From a virus (Duplodnaviria; Caudoviricetes), in the IMG/VR virus record IMGVR_UViG_3300014656_000043, positions 1-46,495 of that record: a stretch of DNA of 46,495 bases. One strand, written 5' to 3'. Positions 1 through 9,103 of the stretch are shown one piece after another. Each line of letters opens with the position of its first letter. The first letter of the stretch is position 1. A program made the position numbers and the translations under genes. The notes beneath the pieces were generated by a model. The model made no database searches, was not told the DNA's origin, and saw only the letters and a list, made by a program, of their open reading frames with translations.

Positions 1-30
1 ATAGACATAAAACTATAAGGAGCAATAAAA

Positions 31-234
31 ATGAAATGCTCAAACTGCAATAAACTTGAAATAGAGATAGACAAACACAAGAACTGTTTGAAAATAAAAG
101 AAGCAACGATTGATGTGCAAAAAGGATTAATCGAAGATTTGCGGAAAGATAATCTTTTTTTATTAGCCAAATTAAACAAGAAATACTTTGTTTATCTGTT
201 ACCTCGCTATGGAAATGTGGTTAAAGAAATTTAA
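31..234 (+). CDS. small hypothetical protein (CxxC start, coiled coil)
   Basis: AGGAG RBS at 18-22; MKCSNC start; the same N-terminus recurs at 46326. Confidence 0.6.
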   Translation: MKCSNCNKLEIEIDKHKNCLKIKEATIDVQKGLIEDLRKDNLFLLAKLNKKYFVYLLPRYGNVVKEI

Positions 235-565
235 TTTCGAAGTTACGATTGTAAACAATTCTCACGATGCCATAGAGATGCTTAAAAACAGGCATTTTAG
301 CCACATATCCCTTGATTATGACTTAGACTATGGCAATGGTGGTAAAGCGGACAATTCGTGTCCTGTGGCAGCTCATATTAAAGATAATAATATTGATTCT
401 ATTATTTTCATACATAGCGGTGCTGCGGAAAATGCTGTTAAATTAGGCAAGATACTCGGTTATGAAGCTGATGTTGACAAATTATACCGTGATCCTTTAA
501 TTGCAGATAAATGTATATGGATAGATAAACATAAATGGTCAAAAGAAATACAATATTATATTTAA
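188..565 (+). CDS. receiver-like protein (cyclic-phosphate-processing REC family-like), start uncertain (ATG 209 or 215)
   Basis: DAIEMLK..HISLDYDL..IFIHS pattern; the usual N-terminal LFLDD strand is missing. Confidence 0.55.
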   Translation: MFICYLAMEMWLKKFNFEVTIVNNSHDAIEMLKNRHFSHISLDYDLDYGNGGKADNSCPVAAHIKDNNIDSIIFIHSGAAENAVKLGKILGYEADVDKLYRDPLIADKCIWIDKHKWSKEIQYYI

Positions 566-578
566 AAGGATATGAAAA

Positions 579-1181
579 ATGGGAATGAAAATAACAGTTG
601 AATTTTTAAAAGAACATAAGGCTTGTATTGAAGGCATTGAATGGTTTAAGAATCAAAAAGAAACTGATCTGGTCGGGCTTGTAGAATACAGCATTAAAAA
701 TAAGAGCAAACTAAGCTGGGCAAACTGGTTAATTGTAAGAAAAATGACGTACAAACAATATGTGAGCTATGCTATATACGCAGCACAACAAGTATTGCAT
801 ATATTTGAAGATAAATATTCTGATGATAAACGACCAAGAAATGCTATTAATGCAGCACTGAAATGCCTGGAAAATAGAAACAAATCTACTTCTGCGGCTG
901 CTTATGCGACGGCTGATGCGGCTAATGCGGCTAATGCGGCTGATGCGGCTTATGCGGCTTATGATGCGGCTGATGCGGCTTATGATGCGGCTAATGCGGC
1001 TAATGCGGCTGATGCGGCTGATGCGGCTTATGATGCGGCTGCTTATGCGGCGGCTTCTGCTGCGTATTATGCTGTTGCTAATGCGGCTGATGCGGCTAAT
1101 GCGGCTGATGCGGCTGATGCGACGGCTGGAGATAAATTATTGATCAAAATACTTAAATACGGTATCAAATTATTGAAATGA
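579..1181 (+). CDS. Imm5-like domain phage protein with Ala-rich repeat tail
   Basis: YAIYAAQQVLHIFE..DDKRPRNAINAA motif followed by (AAD/AAN/AAY)n. Confidence 0.7.
   Translation: MGMKITVEFLKEHKACIEGIEWFKNQKETDLVGLVEYSIKNKSKLSWANWLIVRKMTYKQYVSYAIYAAQQVLHIFEDKYSDDKRPRNAINAALKCLENRNKSTSAAAYATADAANAANAADAAYAAYDAADAAYDAANAANAADAADAAYDAAAYAAASAAYYAVANAADAANAADAADATAGDKLLIKILKYGIKLLK
893..1128 (+). repeat. degenerate 9-bp tandem repeat (GCGGCTNAT)n encoding the Ala-rich tract
   Basis: directly visible; also keeps the +1 frame open (904..1143). Confidence 0.9.
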
Positions 1182-1203
1182 AAATAAATATTTTATAAAG
1201 AAC

Positions 1204-1232
1204 TTGACAAAGGTTTTAAAGTTTTGTAATAT
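1204..1232 (+). promoter_or_regulatory. sigma70-type promoter for the replication operon
   Basis: TTGACA-17 nt-TAATAT. Confidence 0.75.
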
Positions 1233-1296
1233 ATGACTAATGAAACATCCGCGAAATCGAAAAATCACAAAACCAAAAATAATTAATTCAATATAT

Positions 1297-1358
1297 GGCA
1301 CGGTCAAGTCCCTATCTTCTTTCGCGGATGCATATGGCTGGCCGTGTCTCTTTTTTTT
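1297..1358 (+). terminator. intrinsic terminator / attenuator in the replication-gene leader
   Basis: GGCACGGTCA(1297-1306) pairs with TGGCCGTGTC(1339-1348), followed by a T8 run. Confidence 0.6.
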
Positions 1359-1401
1359 AGAAGATTAGAACGATGGTCTTATTTTTTATAATAGATGACG
1401 A

Positions 1402-2469
1402 ATGGGAATGAAAAAGTTTACTAAAGAATACTTTTCTCACGATTATAATGCACAGCAAGACCCAAAAATAATTAACTTACTTATGTCATTGGGATGGGAA
1501 GGCTATGGCTTATACTGGGCAATTATAGAAATAATGTACAATAATAGTGGTCATATTGATTGTGATTATAAATTGCTAGCATACCGATTACGTGTTGAAG
1601 AATCAAAGATTAAAGATGTGATTGAAAACTATGGATTATTTATAGCGAAAGATAATAAAATAACATCTAAATCTGTAAAAGTAAGGCTTAAAAAAAGAAA
1701 GGATTTAAGCATAGAAAGGTCAATTGCAGGTAGTAAAAAATGGATTAAATCTGAAAATGACGGCGAAGGTGTAGAAATGTCTAAAAAGAACCGTTCAAAA
1801 CGCCTAAGTGACGCGCGAAAAAGGGGTACGCATACAAAAGAAGAATGGGAAGAAATGAAAGAGTTTTTCCGTCACACTTGCGTGAAGTGCAATGGTGAAA
1901 GTAATCTTAATGGAGTAGTAAAAGATCACATAATACCCTTGTATAAAGGTGGTAGCGAACGCCTAGACAACATTCAGCCTTTGTGTGCAAAGTGTAATTC
2001 TAGTAAAGGATCCGAAAGCAAAGACTATCGAAAAAATCAATGCGAAGCGCTAAATTTAGAAATGCCTGCAAAATGGCTGCAAAAGGCCTGCAAAAGGCCT
2101 CTAAAGAAAAGAAAAGAAAAGAAAAGAAAAGAAAAGAATACTACTACTACTTCTTTTGTGCAATTCGAAGCACTCTTTCTTACCAAATGGAATGAGCTAG
2201 TGGCTAGGTTTCCAATTTTGCCAGGGTTGAAAAATATATCAAAGTCAAGGAGCGATAAACTCAAGATAAGATTTTCTGAAAAGATATTCCCGGAGAATCT
2301 TGACAAAATTCTCCAGGGAATAGCAGAATCAAAATTTTTGCGTGGAGAAGTACCTAGCGAGAAGCACCCGGGCTGGAAGGTGACCGTTGATTGGCTGATC
2401 AATAACGACAAAAACTATTTAAAAATCCTTGAAGGGAATTACAAGAATAAAGCGGAAAGTGTATGGTAG
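1402..2469 (+). CDS. phage replication initiator (DUF4373/Lin1244-like N-terminus) with internal HNH domain
   Basis: YFSHDYNAQQDPKI..GYGLYWAIIE N-terminus; CVKC..KDHIIPLYKGG..NIQPLCAKCNSSKG HNH; WKVTVDWLI..YLKILEGNY C-terminus; lies upstream of the helicase. Confidence 0.8.
   Translation: MGMKKFTKEYFSHDYNAQQDPKIINLLMSLGWEGYGLYWAIIEIMYNNSGHIDCDYKLLAYRLRVEESKIKDVIENYGLFIAKDNKITSKSVKVRLKKRKDLSIERSIAGSKKWIKSENDGEGVEMSKKNRSKRLSDARKRGTHTKEEWEEMKEFFRHTCVKCNGESNLNGVVKDHIIPLYKGGSERLDNIQPLCAKCNSSKGSESKDYRKNQCEALNLEMPAKWLQKACKRPLKKRKEKKRKEKNTTTTSFVQFEALFLTKWNELVARFPILPGLKNISKSRSDKLKIRFSEKIFPENLDKILQGIAESKFLRGEVPSEKHPGWKVTVDWLINNDKNYLKILEGNYKNKAESVW
2061..2138 (+). repeat. putative replication origin: four 11-bp iteron-like repeats plus (GAAAA)6
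   Basis: AATGCCTGCAA/AATGGCTGCAA/AAGGCCTGCAA/AAGGCCTCTAA then an A-rich tract, inside the initiator gene as in lambdoid ori. Confidence 0.65.
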
Positions 2470-3323
2470 ATCACAATAACGAAACGAAAAGGATCATTGC
2501 TCTTGAAGAAAAGCTCCATAATTACGAAGGCGTGGATAGAGTTATTGAGTCGCGAGAAATGCAATCCAAGATCGCAGGGCAGCCAAAGGCAATATCACAT
2601 TATAGCGGAATATCTATCCTGGATAAAACACTTGAAGGCGTACAAGGTGGCGAAGTGGGTGTTATTTCTGGAGAGACAGGACACGGCAAAACAACTTTAG
2701 CTCGCACACTGACGTGGAATTACGAGAAGAAAAACAAAAAATGTTTATGGTTTTCATACGAAGATACTTCCGCTCACTTTTTCAATAAATTTCCTGAATT
2801 ACCTTCCTTTTATTTGCCAGAAAAAATGATCTCAAGTCAACTTGACTGGATCGAAGAAAGAATTATTGAAGGAAAGATCAAGTTTAACACGGACATTATT
2901 TTTATAGATCACTTGCATTATATCATTGATTTTAAGATGATCGCTTCCGGGAACTCTTCGTTATTCATTGGCGGGGTAATGCGACACTTAAAAAAACTCG
3001 CATTGAGACATGGGATCGTTATATTTTTGATATGCCATTTGGCAAAAGTTGAGCCTGGTAAAGAACCGACCCTGTACAATATTCGTGATTCATCATTTAT
3101 CGGGCAGGAATCAGATTTTGTTATGCTCGTATGCCGCAAGATAACAACAGGCGATAACAATTCGTCCATTGACGCAACTAAGGAAACGAAGGTCAAGATT
3201 GTAAAATCAAGAAGGACAGGAAGATTCGCAAATATTTATATGCTGCACGAAAACAATCTTTTGATTGAAGATAGATCGAAAGACCCTGTGGGAGAATGGG
3301 AGAATGTCAACCAATATTTCTAA
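2463..3323 (+). CDS. DnaB-like (SF4) replicative helicase, ATPase domain
   Basis: Walker A GETGHGKT, IFIDHLH, ICHL, DSSFIGQESD, VKSRRTG. Confidence 0.85.
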   Translation: MVDHNNETKRIIALEEKLHNYEGVDRVIESREMQSKIAGQPKAISHYSGISILDKTLEGVQGGEVGVISGETGHGKTTLARTLTWNYEKKNKKCLWFSYEDTSAHFFNKFPELPSFYLPEKMISSQLDWIEERIIEGKIKFNTDIIFIDHLHYIIDFKMIASGNSSLFIGGVMRHLKKLALRHGIVIFLICHLAKVEPGKEPTLYNIRDSSFIGQESDFVMLVCRKITTGDNNSSIDATKETKVKIVKSRRTGRFANIYMLHENNLLIEDRSKDPVGEWENVNQYF

Positions 3324-3996
3324 ACAATTAGAGGGGATCACGGATTTAAGAAAACGTATAGCCATTATCGAACGTGAGCTATGGCATAAATTCCCAAAGG
3401 AAATGCAGGAAATTGATGACCGGGACATCTCTCTTAGCAAAGAATTAATGCTTGTTAAACCTGAACACGATAAAAAAGTTCGGGATCAGCTTGCTTTTTT
3501 TATTAAAAAAATTGAGGTTACTTGTCCGGATTTCATAAAGGACGCGAAGAAAAGATATTTGCAATCAAAGATTGATTTTCAAAGAGATTTTATTAAGTTG
3601 GCACACGATACATACGAGGCAAACAGAATAGGCGGGATGGAGTACAAGCTCCGCAAGGCTTTTTATAATAATGCGGAAGTCCCAAAACATGAAAAGAGAC
3701 TGAAATCTCTTGTCTACGCTTTGTGTATGATTGAGAATAGTAAAGAGATCGAGCGGGAGAGGATCACGGACTTTATGATCGAACGTGCGAGAGAATATCC
3801 GATTAGTGATTTAATTAAAATACAGCGGAACAAAAGAGCTTTTTGTCCATTCTGTAAAGGAGCTAGATCGGCGACGTTTTCAGTAAAAAATAATCATGGA
3901 CTTTGTTTTAGATGCGGGGAATCCGCGGACACAATAAAACTGGTGATGCAATTAACAGGCCTTGCCTTTGTGGCTGCGGTCAAGTCATTGCAATAA
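3304..3996 (+). CDS. CHC2 zinc-finger protein (primase Zn-binding domain-like, no TOPRIM)
   Basis: ITDFMIERAREYPI..CPFC..CFRCGESADTIKLVMQL..FVAAVKSL. Confidence 0.75.
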   Translation: MSTNISKQLEGITDLRKRIAIIERELWHKFPKEMQEIDDRDISLSKELMLVKPEHDKKVRDQLAFFIKKIEVTCPDFIKDAKKRYLQSKIDFQRDFIKLAHDTYEANRIGGMEYKLRKAFYNNAEVPKHEKRLKSLVYALCMIENSKEIERERITDFMIERAREYPISDLIKIQRNKRAFCPFCKGARSATFSVKNNHGLCFRCGESADTIKLVMQLTGLAFVAAVKSLQ

Positions 3997-4006
3997 GGGA
4001 GATAAA

Positions 4007-4270
4007 ATGAGTACGAGACAAAAGAAGTTAACCAGAAAGAAAGCTATAAAAGAATTTTGCTTGCAATGTATGAACGGAAATTTACACGAAGTGGGTTTAT
4101 GCGTAGACAAAAAATGTAGTTTGTACAAATTTAGAATAAAAACAGGACGGGGCAGTAGGGCTAGAGCAATACGCTCACAATGTGTGGAATGCACTGTTTC
4201 CAATATGGCAACAATTCGTAAATGCAGTTTCAATGGTGAATGTGCACTATTTGACTACCGGATGGGATAA
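4007..4270 (+). CDS. Cys-rich small phage protein with a duplicated AIxxxCxxC..CxxxxCxLxxxR module
   Basis: two internal copies of the motif; GGAG RBS. Confidence 0.65.
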   Translation: MSTRQKKLTRKKAIKEFCLQCMNGNLHEVGLCVDKKCSLYKFRIKTGRGSRARAIRSQCVECTVSNMATIRKCSFNGECALFDYRMG

Positions 4271-4379
4271 AACGAAGCGAGAATGGTAAAAAGCGTGTTT
4301 TTTGTTAAATCGGGGTTAAGCTGGGCTGGAATTTTTGGCAAGAAAATTGCATTATATATAATAAATACAGGAGGTCAAA

Positions 4380-5489
4380 ATGTTAGCAGATTTAATCGTA
4401 AAATTGGCTCAAATGGAACAAAAAGATGTGCCCTACAGCCACAGGTGCAGTAGTGCCTCATTCGGAAGCAGATGTTTGAGAAGCCAGGTATATCATGCTT
4501 TAAAAATACCACCTAAACCATTCCCGGGACGTGCGATATTAATTTTTGAAGAGGGTACTTGGGCGGAAGAACTAACGGAAGACTGGATCAGGAAATCCGT
4601 GTATAAGGTGCACTCGGAGCAATTCGACGTTGTCCCTTACCAGGTCAACGGAAAAGATGTTTCCGGCCATATAGATTGGCTATTGACTGATCCCAACGGC
4701 GAAGATTTTTTGATTGAACACAAAGCGTTTAATCGTTTTACGTTTGATTCATGGGAAGAAGGTAAATCTATCCCGGCTGATCAAATCTCGCAATGTTGTC
4801 ATTATCTCGTGGGATTGAAAAAGTTTCTCGGAAAAATTATTCGAGCAATCTTGCTTGTGAAGAACAAAGACACTTCAAGGTTTATCGAATATATTATCGA
4901 GTATGACGATCAAACAGATATTGCAAAGGCGCGATTGTTCAGAATGAACTATCAGGATAATCCGTTTGGCGTATTAGAAGAAAGAGAAGAAACATTTCTT
5001 GAGGGCGTAATTCAGAAAGCAAAATTCAGGTTCGAAGAGATAGACAAATATGTTGAAACAAAAACACTTCCCAAAAGACAGTATTCGATTAATGACTGGC
5101 ACTGCTCCTATTGTCGGTGGTTTGGCGTCTGTTATGAAAATTATAAAAAAGAGGTTGACAACAGGAAGGATGTTATATCCCTAAATGAGAAAGATATTGT
5201 CGCAAAAGCTCTTGATCTTCGGGAGCTTATGGACGCAACAAACGTAAACAATAAAAAAATGACCGTGCTAAAAAACGAACTACTTATAGTGATGAAAGAT
5301 AAACAGGCGAAGAAGGCTCTCGCCGGGAAAGTTGATATTGAATACGAATACAAAGAAGAAGCGAAATTTTCTAAAACCCGGTTAACAAGAGAGGAGATCG
5401 CCAGGGCGTCAAAGGTCGAAACGTCCGAATCAGTGTCGGTTAAATGGCATAAAGATGGGAGAAAAAATGTTGTTAAATCCGAACGATGA
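4380..5489 (+). CDS. Cas4-like PD-(D/E)XK exonuclease
   Basis: GHID..IEHK, QxxxY, C-terminal CSYCRWFGVC plus an N-terminal Cys (Fe-S-type arrangement); GGAGG RBS. Confidence 0.8.
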   Translation: MLADLIVKLAQMEQKDVPYSHRCSSASFGSRCLRSQVYHALKIPPKPFPGRAILIFEEGTWAEELTEDWIRKSVYKVHSEQFDVVPYQVNGKDVSGHIDWLLTDPNGEDFLIEHKAFNRFTFDSWEEGKSIPADQISQCCHYLVGLKKFLGKIIRAILLVKNKDTSRFIEYIIEYDDQTDIAKARLFRMNYQDNPFGVLEEREETFLEGVIQKAKFRFEEIDKYVETKTLPKRQYSINDWHCSYCRWFGVCYENYKKEVDNRKDVISLNEKDIVAKALDLRELMDATNVNNKKMTVLKNELLIVMKDKQAKKALAGKVDIEYEYKEEAKFSKTRLTREEIARASKVETSESVSVKWHKDGRKNVVKSER

Positions 5490-5625
5490 CGGTAGAAGCG
5501 AGATTGAAGGAATAATATTCAAGTGTGATGCTTGTAAGGAAGAATTTTGCGTCTTTGATGAAGAACCGGAGTGCTGTCCTTTTTGTTTTTGTGAAGACGT
5601 CACTCATGTGGTAACAATCAAATAA
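5467..5625 (+). CDS. small zinc-ribbon protein (52 aa, not in ORF track)
   Basis: FKCDACKEEF..PECCPFC. Confidence 0.6.
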   Translation: MLLNPNDDGRSEIEGIIFKCDACKEEFCVFDEEPECCPFCFCEDVTHVVTIK

Positions 5626-5751
5626 TATAATTCGGCGGCTTGTCTTGTAGAGAGTTTGAGGCCGGGATTAAAGAGCTGATATCAAAGCATTTCCGAAGCT
5701 GCCGAAAATTTTAAAAAAGGAAATTTAAAATGACAAAGGAGAAAAAGGTAA

Positions 5752-6678
5752 ATGGATCAAAATCAAACTATTAAAACAGAAAACATGCTTCAAGTCATGG
5801 TTGAAGAAGTCGGTTTGAGTAAACCAAAGGCGCAAACCTTGCTTGAAAGGTTTGGACATTATTTTAAACTTGCGGCAGAATGGGAAAAGAAGACGGAATC
5901 TCTTATTGTGGTAAACGAAGACCAAGTTGCTGAAATGAAAATGGCAAGAGAGGGACGTTTGTTTCTGCGTCAAGAAAGAATCCGTATTGAGAACACACGC
6001 AAAGAATTAAAAGCAGATATTTTGCGTGAAGGAAAAGCACTCGATGGAATCGCAAATGTATTGAAACACTTGATCATTCCTATCGAAGAATATCTTGACA
6101 GGCAGGAAAATTTTATCGTGAATAAAAAAGCCGAAGAGGAAGCCGCTCATAGAGCCGAAGTCGAAAAGCGAATGGAAGAAGAACGGATCGAGCGAGAAAA
6201 GAAAGAAGTCGAAGACAAGCGGATCGCAGACGAGAAGGCAAAGGCGGATCAAGAGCGGATCAGGGCGGAAAACGTTCGGGTCAAAGCGGAAAATGACCGG
6301 GTCAAAGCGGAAGCCGCTGAAAGAGAAAAGAAACTCAAGGAAGAATCGGAAGCCAAACAAAGAAAGACCATAGAAGAAGCCGCAGAACGTGAGAGAAAAC
6401 TCAAGGCAGAATCAAGCGCCCGGGAAAAGAAAGCTCGGGAAGAAAAGGAAGCCGTAGAAAAAAAATTAAGGGAACATAAAGAAGCGGAAGAAAAGAAGAT
6501 TCGGGACGAGGAAGAAAGACAAGAATCCTTGAAAAATTCTTCCGATAGATTCAAGTTGATGGAATTAAGAAGACAATTAAAAGCCATAACATATAATGTA
6601 ATGGGGAGTAAGTCAGGGAAAGAAAAACAACGCAAGGTGCAGGCTTTAATCAATGAATCGATCGAAATATTAAAATAA
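5752..6678 (+). CDS. coiled-coil phage protein of the recombination module (DUF1351-like)
   Basis: RIRIENTRKELKAD..IIPIEEYL and a long E/K/R helix. Confidence 0.6.
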   Translation: MDQNQTIKTENMLQVMVEEVGLSKPKAQTLLERFGHYFKLAAEWEKKTESLIVVNEDQVAEMKMAREGRLFLRQERIRIENTRKELKADILREGKALDGIANVLKHLIIPIEEYLDRQENFIVNKKAEEEAAHRAEVEKRMEEERIEREKKEVEDKRIADEKAKADQERIRAENVRVKAENDRVKAEAAEREKKLKEESEAKQRKTIEEAAERERKLKAESSAREKKAREEKEAVEKKLREHKEAEEKKIRDEEERQESLKNSSDRFKLMELRRQLKAITYNVMGSKSGKEKQRKVQALINESIEILK

Positions 6679-6696
6679 AAAAGGCGGTGAATTATT

Positions 6697-7746
6697 ATGG
6701 ATAAGAAATTTACAAGTATACCTGGATTTGGGGATAAACTACGTCTTCCACTTCTAGGCAAGATCAGATTAGGAATGAAAGTGAAGAAACCTAAAACCCC
6801 GAAGTGTCAACACAGGGATGGAAAAGACGAATGTTTTTATTGTACGTACCCAAAAGAGACGCCGCATTTTATTGTTCCAGACGAAGTTAAAAAGATTTAT
6901 GGAGAGACTCCGACACAGCTTGACATTTGGATTCCCTCACCTGATCCATCAGTAACTATTCCGTGTTCAATGAGACGGTACGGTTCAACGGCAGGTCTTA
7001 AATGTTTGGGTAATGGTACGATTGCCCTTGACATAGGGACAAAGCAGGAAAGACCGTGTCCTTGCGAACATTTCACTGGGATTGGAGCGAAGGGAGAGAA
7101 AGTCCGTATAGATTGTAATGAGATCGGATTTCTTTTTGTGATTCTTTATAAAGTGAATCTTGCAGGGGTTTATCAAATCCGCACATCTTCGGTCAACTCG
7201 GTTACAGACATAATTTCCGGGATCAAGTACGCAGAAGGAATGCTCCGCAAACCTATTACTCCTGGAGTACCGCTTATACTTAAAAGAGAAGCGCTCGAGA
7301 CGCATCACGATCAAAAGAAACAAACTCATTACACGATGAAGATACAACTTCCACAAATCAATCTTGATCAAGCAAACAGGTTGATCGCAAGTGGCCGGAC
7401 ATTATTTTCAAGTGACGTGATGCTTCCTGCGCCTATTGACGAAAATCCTATTATCGAGAAATCAAATATAGACGAACAGGGAATCACAGACGAAGAAGAC
7501 GCTAAGCCGGTACAAGAAGACGCAGATCCTAAAGTGGAACAAACCATTGATGGAATATTGACGGAATGTAACGATATTTGCGAGAAAAATAATATTCCGT
7601 ATGCTAAATTTCAAGAGTTCCTGGTCAAGTATGCAAAATCAATCAATGTGAAAGATGAAAACGTTATGTCAAAAGAACAATGGATAGGATTTCGTGATCG
7701 TCTGAATACTTATGCGGAGAAGATCAAGGGAAAGACAAAAAAATGA
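6697..7746 (+). CDS. Gp3-like / recombination-directionality-factor-like protein (putative annealase)
   Basis: RLPLLGKIRLG..YPKETPHF..YGETP..GVYQIRTSSVNS. Confidence 0.7.
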   Translation: MDKKFTSIPGFGDKLRLPLLGKIRLGMKVKKPKTPKCQHRDGKDECFYCTYPKETPHFIVPDEVKKIYGETPTQLDIWIPSPDPSVTIPCSMRRYGSTAGLKCLGNGTIALDIGTKQERPCPCEHFTGIGAKGEKVRIDCNEIGFLFVILYKVNLAGVYQIRTSSVNSVTDIISGIKYAEGMLRKPITPGVPLILKREALETHHDQKKQTHYTMKIQLPQINLDQANRLIASGRTLFSSDVMLPAPIDENPIIEKSNIDEQGITDEEDAKPVQEDADPKVEQTIDGILTECNDICEKNNIPYAKFQEFLVKYAKSINVKDENVMSKEQWIGFRDRLNTYAEKIKGKTKK

Positions 7747-8177
7747 GAATAATAAAATTTGAGGTTATAGGGAATCCAACGCCTAAAGGCCGGCCCCGGT
7801 TTTCTGTCCGGGGTAAACACGTAATGGCATACACGCCAAAGAAAACGAAGATTGCGGAGCATGACTTTAAAATGCAGATTCTCGCACACAGACCAAGTGC
7901 GCCGTTTCTAGGTGCGGTCATTTTAAAAATTATAGTATATAGGGCGATCCCAAAGTCAATGTCTAAGAAGAAACAAGTACTTGCGGAGGCCGGACTTTTA
8001 AGACCGATAGTCAAACCGGATCTTGATAATTACGAAAAACTCGTTTGCGATTCCATGAATAAAATATTCTATAATGACGATAGTCAAATTGTGGATTGCC
8101 ACACTCAAAAGTATTATTCAGTAAATCCACACACGATCGTTGAGATTATCAGGATAGATTATGATGAAGTTAAATAA
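7743..8177 (+). CDS. rusA: RusA-family Holliday junction resolvase
   Basis: PKGRPRF..YTPKKT..KPDLDNYEKLVCDSMN..DDSQIV. Confidence 0.9.
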   Translation: MRIIKFEVIGNPTPKGRPRFSVRGKHVMAYTPKKTKIAEHDFKMQILAHRPSAPFLGAVILKIIVYRAIPKSMSKKKQVLAEAGLLRPIVKPDLDNYEKLVCDSMNKIFYNDDSQIVDCHTQKYYSVNPHTIVEIIRIDYDEVK

Positions 8178-8280
8178 AGATTTGGAAAAAGGAGGATTTG
8201 TATGTAGTATCGTATAGAAATGTTATGGTTTTAAGTGTTTAATGTATGGATTTAAAAAAAATAAAGGTGAGGTGAATGTA

Positions 8281-8568
8281 ATGAGAAGATTATTAGTTAT
8301 GCTTAGTTTAATGTTATTTGTTAGCTGTGCTGCATTTTCACAAACTATCGTAATCACAGAAGTAGTTACAAAGTATTATTGTGACAGATGTAATGTAGAA
8401 GTTAGTTCTGATGTAAAAAAAGTATTTTATGGCTATGTTCATCCCAGGCCGCTTGAGGATGCTGTCAATAAATATCAATATGTCGGCGTAGAAAAAGAAT
8501 TATGCGAATCCTGTTATGAAGACTTTGGCGATATGTTCGATGTATATTTTAGTACATATACACAATGA
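8281..8568 (+). CDS. hypothetical protein with signal peptide and CxxC pairs
   Basis: GAGG RBS; MRRLLVMLSLMLFVSCAAFS; CDRC..CESC. Confidence 0.6.
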   Translation: MRRLLVMLSLMLFVSCAAFSQTIVITEVVTKYYCDRCNVEVSSDVKKVFYGYVHPRPLEDAVNKYQYVGVEKELCESCYEDFGDMFDVYFSTYTQ

Positions 8569-8888
8569 GACATCTATTAATTCTTTTATTATTAGCAGTC
8601 TGGCATTATTCGGCGGTAGTAGACGACACAATGTATCCAATATCAGGGATTCTTGAGATAGATTCTAATAATTACGCAGAGTTTGAAGACCAGATTTATA
8701 ATGACATTTATCTAAAATGTATGACAAAAAGAATCCCTGTATATAAAGAATCGGAAATCATAAATAATGATTTTGGATACAGTTATGTTGAAAAAAAGTT
8801 AACAGTGGGAGAATATTTTAAAAAGTATCCCGACAAAAGGGTAAAGGATATAATTACGATAATGTCTATTGATAGGTTATCGGACTGA
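8565..8888 (+). CDS. hypothetical protein with hydrophobic N-terminus
   Basis: ATGA overlap with the previous gene. Confidence 0.55.
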   Translation: MRHLLILLLLAVWHYSAVVDDTMYPISGILEIDSNNYAEFEDQIYNDIYLKCMTKRIPVYKESEIINNDFGYSYVEKKLTVGEYFKKYPDKRVKDIITIMSIDRLSD

Positions 8889-8921
8889 AAAAAATATGAC
8901 ATATAGTTAGATGTGGTTTGT

Positions 8922-9101
8922 ATGAATAAAAGTAAAATCATAAAAAAATTAGAAAAAAAACTTCACCCATGCCAGTATTGCGAAGATGGATGCACAGCGG
9001 AATTAAATTTTGATGACCCCAAAGAATGTAAACGATTAAAATCATTCTTAAAATTTAATACCTGGCTACATGAAGAGCTGGATAAAAAACTGGAGGTGTA
9101 G
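8922..9101 (+). CDS. hypothetical Cys-containing protein, paralog of 14006..14320
   Basis: MNKxxI..PCxxCxDxC..WL..HEELD shared. Confidence 0.55.
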   Translation: MNKSKIIKKLEKKLHPCQYCEDGCTAELNFDDPKECKRLKSFLKFNTWLHEELDKKLEV

Positions 9102-9103
9102 AT

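Noticed and set aside
904-1143. MRL-repeat ORF in the +1 frame
   Set aside because: By-product of the 9-bp repeat encoding the Ala-rich tract; no RBS.
4380-5489. CRISPR-Cas adaptation module
   Set aside because: The Cas4-like nuclease is solo in a recombination operon; no cas1, cas2 or array seen.
5631-5706. tRNA gene
   Set aside because: Right size but no TTC T-loop, D-loop GG or anticodon arm geometry.
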